A stretch of 64,000 bases of DNA from Camelus dromedarius (taxonomy: Eukaryota), in contig NC_087436.1 of the NCBI RefSeq assembly GCF_036321535.1, positions 102,426,001 through 102,490,000 on the forward strand, in the 5' to 3' direction. The translations under genes and the position numbers were made by a program. The notes beneath the pieces are model-generated. The model was given only the letters and a program-made list of their open reading frames with translations. It was not told where the DNA came from and searched no databases. This document shows positions 12,369-25,377 of the stretch, in pieces; the first letter of the stretch is position 1, and every line of letters starts with the position of its first letter.

Positions 12369-14149
12369 ACGTGTGAACAGCTCAATACATTTTTTACCAA
12401 CCTAGATCTAGGAACAGAACATTGCTACATCCTAGAAGGCACTACTTTTTTTTCTAATGCCAGGGATTATTTTCAACAGAAGAAATTAATAACACAGTGT
12501 CTGATATTAAAGTTTAGATTAACTTTGCCATGTTAAAAATATCACAGTGTTATATAGTCATATTCTATTACATATCCTTCTTATAGAAGACTTACCAGAG
12601 GTATATCTTAAATTGATCTTAGAATCATCTTTTATAGAATCTTCAAAATATTCAAAACATCAGCCAAGAAATTATTTATCTGAAATTCCTCCCTTGAGGC
12701 CTTGTTTTCTTTTGACTAATGAAAGAATTTTAGCTTTCCATACTCATTCAGTGACCTTCAGGGTTTAAAATAAATTCAATTATAGAGATGTTTCTCAAGT
12801 AAGATATTCTATTAACTTTTGTAACAGTATACCTAACTCATGAAAGAATGTTTTCACAATATTACAATCAATATCCCTTATTAAAGATTTAATCCCATTT
12901 TTGTGCCTGCTGTGTGTGTTAGGATTTATTTAACAATTGTTCTAACATGAATCCTCATTTTTCTACAACTTTTGTGATTCAGATCTCTGTAAATATTGAG
13001 TGGGAAAGATTTGAAACTATGCTGAGTTGTTAATTTCTTCTCTTTTTCTCCCTTTTCCAGTGGATTAAATAAAGATGAAAAAAGTTAAAAACTCTACCCA
13101 TTTAATTCTATTTTGCTCTCAGATTATCTCCTGATAGTCTTCCATAATAGATGCAACCTGTTTGTGGTCTTCTGCACATGTCCTTCCTTGGTCAGAAACA
13201 CTAAATCATTACTAAGTGTTTGAACTAGAAAAGCTAAGCACTTTTCAGTACAAACTAAATCTCCCAAATATGTGCTACAATAGCTCCTATGTATATGTAT
13301 ACTCATATAAATGCATTTTATGTATACATATATCTGTATACATACCTCAAATTCATATATATATGGCAATTACTTATTCAAATTTATGGTTTGGTTACTA
13401 TGTGACAAAATCTCTGTATTTTTTGTATGCACGAGTTATGTAGTCTTTATTTGCCATTAACTAATTGTGAAATATTAAGTCTTTCAAAAAACTTAGCAAT
13501 AAATTCATCATCAATACATTGTGGTCATCATACTGATTCAAACCATGTCATAGGGCTTGATGACTATCTGAATGAGATAACTAATGGAATAGCATTCGGA
13601 AAACCAGAATTTTCTATAAAAATGGAAGGTTACATCTATCTATAAGTATCATGGAAGATTCACCTCTGTGAAGATAAACTGAATCTACTATTGTGATGAA
13701 TCAGTAAATGAATGTTTTCATTTAACAGTTGTCTGTACTATAATTTCTCCCACAGTGATGTTTATATTAATGTATTGAGTGTCACAAAATTTTCTGAACC
13801 AAAAACCCCAAAACCAAAAACAAAAATGCTTAACTATATCACGAAGTATTTATTCTTTTAATGAAGTTCTTGTAATTAAATTTTAATTTAACTGAGTTCT
13901 TTTCATTTTAAGAGACAGAAACATTACTCTAAGTTAAACTAACTTATAAATTACTTTCCACTATCAGAATATATAATATCAGAAAACTAAATGTGTTTAA
14001 ACAAGGTTGGCCCTAAAAGCTCTAGTGATTCATTAATATTGTCTCTCTCCTCTGCGTACTTCTTTGCTTACTTTATCTTCTGGCAGCTCAAGACATATGA
14101 ACATCTACATTGTCCTCAATGAAAATAATTTTAGAAGGAAATCCCTCTT

Positions 14150-14330
14150 ACCTGAGAGATCCAGAATGGCTTTAACTGGCCCACTTTGTTTCAGCCCTTT
14201 GATAAACCAATCCCTGTGATGGAAACAATGCACTTTTTAAATTGGTCAGTTCTGAAGTGTGAGCTTTCCTCTAACCCAGGGCATGGGAGAGATCTGACCA
14301 GAGCCACACTGACAGACATGGTGCATGGGT
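14150..14330. mobile_element. Old MaLR (MLT1K/L-like) fragment
   Basis: AACCAATCCCTGTGATGG...AATTGGTCAG paired CCAAT motifs typical of old MLT1; heavily decayed. Confidence 0.4.
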
Positions 14331-14504
14331 GCTAGACCAAAGTGATGTCAAGCAGACACACACACATTACAGAAAGATAAGCACAAAATAAAGGATTGAC
14401 TAGAACAGCATGACTGATACTGCATTACCCCCAGAATTTTAAAAATCTTAAGGTTTAAATCAGAAAGTCCTTGTTTTAAAATTTTGCTTCTGCCACTATA
14501 TATA

Positions 14505-14887
14505 TCATGGTTCTCTCTCTCTCTCTTTCCCTATCTGTCTATCAAGAGATTTAAAAACTTGGCTCATGTGATTGTGGAACCTGGCAAGTTTAAAATCTGC
14601 CGAGTAGGCTGGCAGGAGGGAAGCCCAGGGAAGAGCTGCAGTCCCAGGCTGGAGGGAGTCTGCTGGCAGAGTCCCTTCTTCCTCAGGGAAGGTCAGTCTT
14701 TTTTTAAAGTCTTCAATTGATTGGATGAGGCTTACCCACATTATGGAGAACAATCTGCTTTACTAATAGTCTACCGATTTATATATGAATCCCATCTAAA
14801 ACACAGCTTCACAGAAACTTCTAGAATAGTTTTACCCAAATAGCTGGGTATTGGAGCCTAGCCAAGTTGACACATAAAATTAATCAT
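14505..14887 (-). mobile_element. MLT2 (ERVL) LTR
   Basis: TTGGCTCATGTGATTGTGG...TGATTGGATGAGGCTTACCCACATTATGGAG...AGCCAAGTTGACACATAAAATTAATCAT is the reverse complement of the MLT2 5' portion. Confidence 0.88.
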
Positions 14888-14892
14888 TTTTG

Positions 14893-15090
14893 CCACTAAC
14901 TATGTAGCTTATAAGGAAAAAATATTTCTCTTAGCTTCAGTTTCATTTCCTGTATAATGGACTTGACATTACCTTCTTGTAGGACTATTAGAAAAATTAA
15001 ACAGAGCTTAAATCCCCTTATAGTACATCACTACGTAACAGTGCCTGATACGTAGTAAATATTCAATAAGTTATTGCTATTGTTATATTT
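14893..15090 (+). mobile_element. MIR SINE fragment
   Basis: GCTTCAGTTTCATTTCCTGTATAATGG core and ACAGTGCCTGATACGTAGTAAATATTCAATAAGTTATTGCTATTGTTAT tail. Confidence 0.75.
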
Positions 15091-16266
15091 GAATTTAATT
15101 AATACACTTTTTACTAGCTAATCTAATGCCATAAATTTTTATGTGTATTGGATAATTATGTTTCATCTTTCTATGGTCTATTCCAAGACAGAAGCCTGGG
15201 GGTAAAAAAAGAAAGAAGCTATTGGTGACAAAGACACAAAGTAATAGTATGTGTTGATACATGGTCATGAATTGTGAGAAGACCATTTAAGTACATTCCC
15301 AATTGTTATCTGTGGCAATAGGTTATGAACCAACAAAAGTAAAATCCCTAACTTTAGCATTCATGATTGTGCATGTTCTAATAAACACCAGTAAAGAAGA
15401 AAAGAAAAAAAATGAAATGACAAAATGAAAAATGATGTGAGGAATTATTATCAAAGGAGATAATTTAGAAATATAGGTAAAAGTATATAATAATAATGTC
15501 ACAATTTACTAAACTGACACATTTTCTAGCCCTCTAACACAGTATTTTCTTAAGCAATTACAGCATATATATTCAGTTAGCAGATATTAATTGCGTAGCT
15601 ATTTTATATTAAACAAAAAAAGCTTCCCAAATGCAAAGATTAAGCAACAAAGCACCTTGCCCTTGAATACGCACAGAACTCTGTGATATACACATGGTGG
15701 TTTATCTGACTTTTTTTTTAAACATAATAAGTAAACTTGTGAAGCAACACATAAACAAATCCCCAATGATTTTCTTTACATGACCAGACAGGTAAACTTT
15801 CTATAAGTTATAGCAAACCAAGAGGCTATCTTTTACTCTTAACACAGCCTAGAGGCAGGATAATAAAAGCAGGAAACAGTAAAGGCATTTCTGCCCTGAG
15901 GCAGTTTCAGGCTATTGAGGTTAAAGACCAAACTTCCCAGAAGCTCCAAGGAAAGAAAGCTTGCAAAACAGCCCTTCAGAAATAATTCAGTACTTGGTAC
16001 TTATTTTGACACTCTAAATTTTATAAAACATCTTCTCTTTTATGGGATAGAGATTTACTGGTTTTGCAAAGTTTGGTTATTTAATCTTCAGTGTTTGAAA
16101 GCATCTAAATTCTTTGCAAACAGTAGCAACTGGCCACATATGAAATTTTGTATATTAACTCTTACACTTGTTCTTAATCACATATATTAATTCAACACAG
16201 AGTTTTTGAATGTTTATTCTGCATGAGGCTACTACCTCTGCTTTAATGGCTCCTCTTCACCCCACT

Positions 16267-16748
16267 GATGAGGGAAGGCTCCTCCCTCCCCAGAGTTATG
16301 GAGATAATCAAATGCAGGACACCTGACACTGAACAGATGAGGTAGACAGCAGCTTATTTGTCACATATAATAACAGCTTAGGGAAGAAAGACATCGCATG
16401 CCACAAAGGGCCCCCTGAGGGTTGCACCCAGAAACAGTGAACAACTGGGGCTGTGGAAGGTAGACTTCATTGTATCAAGAGGATGAATTGAACTCTGGTT
16501 CCCACGCAGAGCGTGATTAAATTTAAGGAACAGTTCCCACGACCTGGTTGGCAACTGAAACCTGGTCCTCAGGAATAAGTCAGAACCATACATTGTCTCC
16601 TTGGTAAGAAAGGTGGTTTGTCTAGGGACCTTATCCTCAGGAGCAGAGTGGGGAGGGGAACTTTGGCTAGACCATTCATGGTCCTCTTTGTTTTACCAAA
16701 TGCCAAAGTAGCACATAATATCAAGCTTTATTTTAGGTCTTAAAGACA
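16267..16748 (-). mobile_element. Solo LTR, ERVL-class (subfamily tentative)
   Basis: TG...CA bounded ~480 bp GC-richer block; minus strand starts TGTCTTTAAGACCTAAAATAAAGCTTGATATTATGTGCTAC, resembling old ERVL LTR starts. Confidence 0.6.
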
Positions 16749-16788
16749 GCTTCAAATCCCAACTCTCTGTTTTTGTTAATTCAGGTCA

Positions 16789-17025
16789 TGTTGTTACCAA
16801 ATTGAGTTGTATGGACCGTGGTCCCTAGCCTAGCTAAGGCTCTCTGCCTCAGTGGGGGAGTGTTCCCTTTCCATTCAGGTTCAAGTAGGTGAATAATGAA
16901 ACCAAAGCTGAGATCAACACAACCCGGGATTTATTCAGATGCCAAAGAATGGAAAACTGGGAACTAAGATCATAGATCAATTTCTTGCCCACTTGAGGAA
17001 AGTCATTTAATTTTAAAGAATAAAG
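16789..17025 (-). mobile_element. ERV1-type LTR, R/U5 part (split by L1)
   Basis: Begins TGTTGTTACCAAA; contains TTTATT (AATAAA on minus) at ~16930; stops abruptly at the L1 5' end. Confidence 0.6.
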
Positions 17026-17193
17026 AGGGAGATAAAGATAGCGTAATAGAAGGATGTGGAGCTCACCTCCTCCAACAAATACATCAGAAATACATCCATG
17101 TGTGGAACGATTCTCCCAGGATACCAACTGAACTCTGGCAGAAGATCTATATAGTCAAAACTATAAGGAAAAACACCATGTACCTGGGTAGGA

Positions 17194-17229
<36 letters not shown>

Positions 17230-20200
17230 ACAGGGCCTGCAGCCCTGGGAGGGAGCTATGAAAGAGGAAAGCTTCCCTCACTCTGGGAAGCCCCTTCACT
17301 AGCTAGGCGATCAGCCAGGACAGGAAGGGAGCTTCAGAGACTCAGAGATCATAGTGGCTAATATGCAGCAGGTAGAACAGAGAGAGACCAGCACAAAGGG
17401 TCCTTACTACTCTGCTGCAATCCCCAGGCCAAGCTGCACATCTGTTTGGTGCACTCAGGGGCTGGGTGCTAAAACTCAGTTTCAGATGACAGACCTGGGG
17501 AGAGAACTGGAGTTGGCTGTGCAGGGACAGCCTGAAGGGGCTACAGTGTGATATGGGCTACCACTGAGAGTGTGTGCAGTGGAGCCTGAGTCTGCCATAT
17601 AAAGTCCCATTGTTGATACAGATCACTGTAACCAGGAACTAGAAAGTATAAAGAGGAGCCAATTAAAATTAGAAAGCTCATTTGCTGAGGAAGCCTAGCT
17701 AAAGACAATAAATAGAAAGCTGAATAATGCAGAAAACAAATAAATGATCTGGAAGATAGGATAATGGAAATCACCCAATCAAAACACCAGAAAGACATTT
17801 TTTTTTTTTAAAAAATGAAAGCAATATAAAAGATCTATGGGATAATATGAAATGTGCTAATCTACACATAATAGGGATCCCAGAAGGAGAAGAAAGATAA
17901 AAGGGGATCAAAAATGTATTTGAAGAAATTATGACTGAAAACTTCTCAAAACTAAAGAAGGCAATTGATACCCAGGTACAGGTAACATATATGCATCTAA
18001 TATTGGAGCACCTAAATACAGAAAACAAATATTAACATACATACAGGGGGAAACAATGGAAATACAGTAAGAGTAGGAGACTTTAACATCCAACTAACAT
18101 CAATGAACAGATCTTCCAGGGAGAATATCAATAAGGCAATAGAAATACTAAGTGACTCAATAGAACAGTTGAACATAATTGATATTTTCAAGACCTTACA
18201 CCCAAAAACAGAATATACATTCTTTTCAAGTGCACATAAAACATTCTGTAGGATAGACCACTTACTCAGACACAAAAGAAGCCTCAAAAAATTTAAGCGA
18301 TTGGAAATTTTTTCAAGCATCTTTTCTGACCACAAAGAAATGAAACAAAATCAACCACAGAAGGAAAGAAACACAAACAAATAAACAAACAAAAAGATTG
18401 AATGGTTACTAAACAACATACTACTAAAAAAATCAATGGGTTAACAATGAAAACAAAGAAGGAATTTACAAATACCTTGAGACAAATGGCAGTGGAAGCA
18501 CAACTACACAAAATCAATGGGATTCAGCAAAAGCAGTTCTAAGATGGAAATCCACAGGAATACCAGCCTTCCTCAAAAAACAAGAACAATCTTAAACAAT
18601 CTAACTGGCCATCTAAAAGAATTAGGAAAAAAAAGAGCAAACAAAATCTAAAGTCAGCAGAAGGAAAGAAATAATAAAAATCAGAGAGAAGAATAAATAA
18701 AATGGAGATTTAAAAAATAAGAGGAAAAAATCAATAAGACCAAGAACTGATTTTTTGAAAGAGTAAACAAAATTAACAAACTTCTGACCAAGCTCACCAA
18801 GAAGAAAAGAGAGAAGACCCACATAAACAAAATAAGAAATGAAAGGGCATAAATTACAACCAATACCACAGATATACAAAAAATCATGAGAATACTATGA
18901 ACAATTATATGCCAACAAACTGGATAACCTAGAATAAATGGACAAGTTTCTAGAAACATACGCTCCACCAAAGCTGAATCAAGAAGAAATAGATAATTTG
19001 GACAGACTGATCACTAGAAGTGAAATAGAATCTGTAATTAAAGCAAACAAACAAACAAACAAAAAACTCCCTGCAAAAATCCCTGCAAATAAAAGTCCAG
19101 GATCAAATGGCTTCACAGGGGAATTCTACCAAAAACACTAAGAAGCACTTATACTGATCCTTCTCAAACTCTTCCAAAAGATTGAAGAGGAGGAAACACT
19201 CCCAAACTCATCCTAGGAAGTCACCATCACTCTTATACCAGAACCTGACAAAGACACTACCATAAAAGAAAATTGCAGGCTAATATCATTGAATATAGAT
19301 GCAAAAATTCTCAGTGAAATATTAGCAAACCTAATCCAAAAACACATTTAAAAGTTCACACATTACAATCTAGTTGAATTCATCCCAGTGACAAAGCTGA
19401 TTTCACACACATAAGTTAATTAATGAAATGCACCACATCAACAAAAATCACATGATTTTCTCAATAGATGCAGGAAAATCTGTTGATAAAATTCAACATC
19501 CATTCATGATAAAAATTCTTTGGGAATATATCTCAACATAGTAAAAGCTATTCATAACAAACCAACAGGCAGCATAATACTCAATGTTGAAAAGTTGAAA
19601 GACTTCCTATTAAAATCTGGAACAAGACAAGTATGCCTACACTCATGACTTCTATTTAACATAGCATCAGAAGTCTTAGCCACAGCAATAAGAACAAGAA
19701 AAAGAAACAAGAGGGATCCAAATTGGAAGGGAAGAGGTAAAATTGTCACTATATGTGGATGACACGACACTATATATAGGAAACCCTAAAGATGCCACAC
19801 AAAAACTACTAAATTGATTAAAAAAAAATTCAGCAAGGTAGCAGAATACAAGATTAACATACAGAAATCTGTTGCTTTTCTTTACATGAACAATGAAATA
19901 TCAGAAAAGGAAAGTTAAAAGAAAATCCTTTTTAAAAATTAGATCAAAACAATATTTAGGAATAAACCTGACCAAGGAGATAAAGGATTTACATGCTGAG
20001 AATTCTAAAACACTGATAAAATAAATTAAAGATGCTTTAACAAAATGGAAAGATATCCCATGCTTTTGGATTGGAAGAATCAATATTGTTAAAATGGTCA
20101 CACTGCCCAAGGCAATCTACAGATTTATTGCGATCCCTATCAAATTACCAGGGACAGTTTTCACAGAACTAGAACAAATATTCCTAAAATTTATACGGAA

Positions 20201-21822
20201 TCACATAAGACCCAGAATTGCTAAAGTAATACTGAAGAAAGAGATTGAAGCTGGAGGAATAACCTTCCCAAACTTCAGACAATATTACAGAGCTAGAGTA
20301 ATCAAAACAGCATGGTATTGGTACAAAAACAGACATGGATCAATGGAACAAAATAGAGAGCCCAGAAATAAACCCATACACCTATGATTAATTAATCTTT
20401 GACAATGGAAGAAAGAATATACAATAGAGAAAAGATAGTTTCTTTGGAAAGTGGTTAGGAAAGCTGGACAACCTCATGTAAATCAATGAAGTTAGAACAC
20501 TCCATCACGCCATACACACACACACACAAACTCAAAATGGCTTAAAGATTTAAACATAAGACAGAACACAATGAATCTCCTATAAAAGATCATAGGCAAA
20601 ACATTCTCTGACAGAAATTTTAGCAATGGTCTCCTAGGTCAGTCTCCCAAGGCAATAGAAATAAAAGCAAAAATAAACAAATGGGACCTAACCCAACTTA
20701 TAAGCTTTTACACAACAAAGGAAACCATTAACAAAATTAAAAGACAAGCTATGGATTGGGAGAAAATATTTGAAAAGAATGTACTGACGAGGGCTTGATT
20801 TCCAGAATATACAAACAGCTCATACAACTCAATAACAAAAAACAAATAACTCAATCAAAAAATGGGCAGAAGACCTAAACAGACATTTTTTTCAAAGAAG
20901 ACATATAGATAGCCAATAGGCACATGAAGAGGTGCTCAATATTGCTAATTATCAGAGAAATGAGAAGAAAACTTCAATGAATTATCACCACACATGGATC
21001 ATAAAGGTTACCTTTAAAAAGTCTATAAACAATGAATGCTAGAGAAGAGAATCTTCCTACACTGTTGGTGGGAATGTATTCTGGGGCAGCCTCTATGGAA
21101 AACAGTATGGGAATTCTTTAAAAAACTAAAAATAGAGTTACCATATGATTCAGCAATCCCACTTCTGGGCGTATATCTGGAGTAAACCCTAATTTGAAGA
21201 TACATGCATCCCAATCTTCATAGAAGCACTATTTATAATATCCAAGATATGGAGGCAAAGTATCTATTGACAAATGATTGGATAAAGACAATTTGAGCTA
21301 TATATATAGACCACATATTCATATATATATACACATACACATGCACACACACACATACACACTCAGTGGAATACTACCTAGCCATAAAAAAGAATTAAAT
21401 AATGCCATCTGCAGCAACATGGATAGACATAGAGATTATCATACTAAGTGAAGTAAGTTAGACAAAGAAAGACAAATATCATATGATACCACTTTTATGT
21501 AGAATCTAAAAAGTGATGCACAGATTTAGAAAACAAACTTATAGTTATCAAAGGGGAAAGAAGGGGGAAGGGTATATTAGAAATTTGGGATTAGCAGGTA
21601 CTAAGTACTGTATATAAAAGAGATACACAACCAAGTTATACTGTATAGCACAGGGAACTATATTCAATATCTTGTAATAACCTATAATGAAAAAGAACAG
21701 GAAAAAGAATATAAATATATGCGTATAAGTAAATCACTATGTTGTACACCAGAAACTAACACAACATTGTAAATCAACTATACTTCAATAAAAAGATAAA
21801 TTTAAAAACTAAAAAAAAAAAA
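17026..21822 (+). mobile_element. LINE-1 retaining both ends but with two large internal deletions; ORF1 and ORF2 disabled
   Basis: 5'UTR start (AAGATAGCGTAATAGAAGGATGTGGAGCTCACC), ORF1 middle piece ~17616-17982, ORF2 endonuclease motifs GDFN, RIDH and SDH (ORF 18103-18384), RT motif YVDD at 19752-19763, ORF2 fragments 18938-19141 and 20094-20387, 3'UTR, AATAAA and A tail to 21822. Many stops and frameshifts. Confidence 0.97.
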
Positions 21823-22289
21823 TGGTGAAGACAAAAGGAGGAGGTATGAGGCTAATAATGAGGAGGCAAATGCATTGTCTACCATGAAAGGAGAAGGGCT
21901 TTTTCCAGGTAGTGGGGTACCATTCTCTTTTTATCCGTTTTTTGGTTCTTAATGTCAGGTCATGGCAGCTGGTAGATGTATTTAATATGCGAATGTAGTA
22001 AAGTCAGCCTGTAATGAGACTCAGAGTCTGTTGAAGTTCAGATTTGTCATCATCTTAATCCCAGCTGGTTCCATCTGTTTTTGTTTGTTCATTTGTTTGT
22101 AGCTTCCTTTCTTATCTCTGAACTCTTTAACTTAAAAGTAAATGCTAAATGGTGGTGGGGGTGGGGTTGACAGCTTTTGAGCAGGAATACTCCTGCTAAT
22201 GGTGGTGGGAGAGTTGTGAGCAAGGGCACTCCAGCGAAAGGTGGGGGTTGGAGGGTTTTGAGCAAAGACCTGGAACACATCTGGCAACA
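21823..22289 (-). mobile_element. ERV1-type LTR, U3 part (continuation of 16789-17025)
   Basis: LTR-like composition resumes right after the L1 polyA; internal tandem G-rich repeats; candidate CA ends at 22277 or 22289. No TSD resolved. Confidence 0.55.
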
Positions 22290-23846
22290 CTACAGCAAGT
22301 GTAATCAAAAAGTTACTTTTAAAAAATAATTTGTGTAATGTCTAAGTTTCACACGGTGTACCTTCAATTGAATTGAGGCTACAATTTATTTTGTTGAGGC
22401 TGCAATTTTGTATGTCCAAAACCTTAAGCAAATGTTCGAATTTGAATAGTTTTCACTGGAACGTGTCCTTTCCAGTTTGCCATACTCCCCACGATTCTAT
22501 TAAGGGGAGCACTGCCTGTTTCCCTCATGAGATGCTCTCTAGATGCATTTGCAGCTGGGACTCTGTACCACTTACAAACTTGTGACCCACATGGCCAACT
22601 TCTCATTACGGTGTATTCATCAAAACAACATAAAAAATAATGCAGATTACTTCTGCAATGGCTCAAGTTTCTTACAGACAGTTTCTAAATAAGCAGAGAG
22701 GAAATACACAGAACACACTGGTACTTCTTAAATATGCAGTATGTCATAAGCGGTGTAACTTTTTCAGGCTTTCTGTCTTTTTAAAATCTGCCTAGTTCAA
22801 GTACTTATTATTCTTATGTGTCCTTTCCCAACTGATCACTGACAATTGAAGAATTCAGAATTTGTCAGCTCCAAGGAATTAACAAGGAAGGTTGAACTTC
22901 TTAAGAGACCGCTAGGGGAGCAGGCAGAGCAAATAAATTTTGAATCCTTTTTAGCAGCTGAGGAAGAAAAAAAGCTTGATTAACTTAAAAGTTAACAGTA
23001 AAGGTGGTTTTTCATGTTTAATAATTATTTTAATTAGTTTATATTAGGAACTATTTTTTATGCTCTCAGAGGTAAATGCCATTCTTAAAGTCTCTCATTT
23101 TCTTTGGATAGTCAAAGGTAAGAAAAAGAAGACTAGAGGAAACAAAAGAGACAAAGGAAAGACAAAAAAAAAAGAATAATAATGTAAAAAATAAAGAACC
23201 GCAGTGTAAGAAAGCACAGAATGAATAAGATTTCGATACTTTTCCCCTGCATTACAACTGAGGAATTAAATGAAAATCTTTCAAATGCAAATGCTACTTT
23301 GTTCCCAGCATTTTACATCCTAAATCAAGTCCTGAGGAAATGTAAGGTGTTCCTTTTTTCTAAGAGAGCATTTGAAAGACACTATTAAGCACTCCTACAA
23401 TATTTTATGAGTTCCAAGGTGCACATTTTTCACATTAAACAGCTACAAAATCCAGGACAGTTTACAATCACAACCATCCAGGCAGCAGTTTGATGCCATT
23501 TTCACTGACAAAGCAGGCGCTTGCGAATCCAAACTTGCAGTACAGGGTTTATCAGTTTGAAAGAACATCCTAAAGAAAATGGTGGGACACTCTTTTAGAA
23601 AGTGCTACTTTGCAGATGCTTTGATGGCACAGAGAATGATGCTATGTGGAAAAACTGGCATTGACCACTGTGAGACAGTGTGATTCAGAAATATCAAATG
23701 CTGAATGAACAGATATTTCTGGAATGCTTTAACCATTATTTATTTTACTTGTATTTTCATTTTACATGTGCTCGAGTGTGATATATGATAAAAAAGTAAC
23801 AAAATGAGTCTAAAAAACAGAAAAAAATTCTAAATGATGAGAAAAC

Positions 23847-24268
23847 TGTGAATGAAAAATACTGCTTGCCATGTCAGTAAACAAAGGATGCCGTGGTCAA
23901 GTCGTTAGCCACTACTGCCACCCCGTAGGGTGAGCCAGAGAGAACTAAGATTGAGAAACAACCGGATACTGGCTCTAGATAGGTAGGTGCCTATTAAAAG
24001 GATGATTTCAGTAACCCCGGACTTTTACATGTTCCTATACATAGAAAAGCACTAAATTCCTTGACTTGTGATATCTGGCCTTCTTTAATTTAATTTTAAT
24101 GTTCTGACTACTTTGTCTTTGTTGAAAAAACTCCTCTATATCCTGGATCCCCCGCTACCTCTTTAGAGCAAGTCTCTAAGAGCCATTTGAGACGTAACAT
24201 CTTGAACTTAAGTCCTCATAAATGGAACTCTCAGCTTTTAGGTTATACATTTTTGTTTTCAGTCGACA
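23847..24268 (+). mobile_element. Complete solo LTR, ERV1 class
   Basis: TG at 23847 (TGTGAATGAAAAATACTGCTTGCC) to CA at 24268 (TTTTCAGTCGACA), flanked by a 4-bp TSD AAAC (23843-23846 and 24269-24272). Confidence 0.88.
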
Positions 24269-24834
24269 AAACATTGTATTCTAATTGTCAGCATTTTTTT
24301 CTTTTCTTGACATTACCTAAAATATCGGTGGATCACAAAATCAATCTTTTATATTTGATAAGATCTGGTTCTTTGAGCCGTCACCCTATAAGTACCATCC
24401 TTTTTCTAAGATCAAGTATAAGATATGGTCAGACTACATGCATCGTTAGAGAATGATAAAGTATCTACCAATGTTTTGAAACATATATTTTTTACATGAA
24501 GCATAAAAGTAGAAAACATTTTCAGAATACTTGTCCTTATTGTGTAGATATAAATTTTCCTATCTGTAAATAGCTAGAAAACTCCCACCTTGTTCTTATC
24601 TACATTCTGGGAAAACTCATATTTTAAATGTTTTTAAATAGGTAGAGGAGTCTTGCATACTTGTTACTTTTTCTTTTCTTTCTTTTTTTTCCCCCCTTTA
24701 TATTTGCTTAAAGTGGCATGTCTTGGTTTTGGCCAGTTTGTGAAAATTGCTCTCAAAATGTGCTTTTTTTTTTTTTTTTAAGGGTGGTTTAAGGAATGTG
24801 GTTGAAAAACTAGAGATCATAGTGACAAATCTTA

Positions 24835-25323
24835 TGGTGGAAAGACATTATCTCTACCCTTTTAGGTTCTTTGGGTGATCTAATAGTTAAATTGATACAA
24901 GACAGATGAACAGGAGAAAAACAAATTTAATATTTTATATACAGGGTCTCATATCTTAGGGATATGAGGCAAGTAAGGCAGTTGAGGCTTATAAACTATC
25001 CTGAGCTAAGGAATGGGATAGTGCCTGGGGCTTCAGAGGGGAGGAGGGTAATACACAGTCTGATAAGAAAAGCAGATGTTTGATAATTAGATATTTGCCC
25101 TTCTATACAGATAGGTAATTCAGATAAAGGTTATCTCTGGTAATAGCTCTCTCTCTCTGAATCAGGCCCCCATCTAAATTATTTTAGGTACTTAAGGAGT
25201 TGCGGGGTGGGGGGAGGGTTAGAAAGTTCTTCCTGAGTATTTTTGTCTTTGATCATCTTCAGCCCAAAATAATCCACATGCCAAAGCAGCACATTTTGGG
25301 TAGGATCCTTCTGAACCCCTTCA
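24835..25323 (-). mobile_element. Solo LTR, ERV1 MER4/MER34-group-like
   Basis: AAATTGATACAAGACAGATGAACAGGAGAAAA and CTTCAGCCCAAAATAATCCACATGCCAAAG...TTCTGAACCCCTTCA are antisense motifs of this LTR group; no TSD resolved. Confidence 0.75.
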
Positions 25324-25377
25324 CAGAGATGTGTCTTTAACACTTCTAACATGTTCTCCAAATCATAACTCATAGGT

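Noticed and set aside
13040..13125. Two plus-strand polypyrimidine-AG acceptor-like sites
   Set aside because: No convincing open exon with a matching donor follows; such tracts are common in AT-rich DNA.
15030..15056. Hairpin ACTACGTA-N11-TACGTAGT
   Set aside because: An 8-bp stem within a MIR tail; too short to be an RNA gene and plausible by chance.
17541..18971. Cluster of hydrophobic, membrane-protein-like ORFs on the minus strand
   Set aside because: Antisense frames of A-rich L1 give F/L/I-rich peptides; the same applies to 45440-46240, 51269-51646 and 63325-63621.
17983..21290. Possible functional reverse transcriptase/endonuclease gene
   Set aside because: ORF2 lacks its N-terminus and is broken into pieces under 100 aa by stops and frameshifts.
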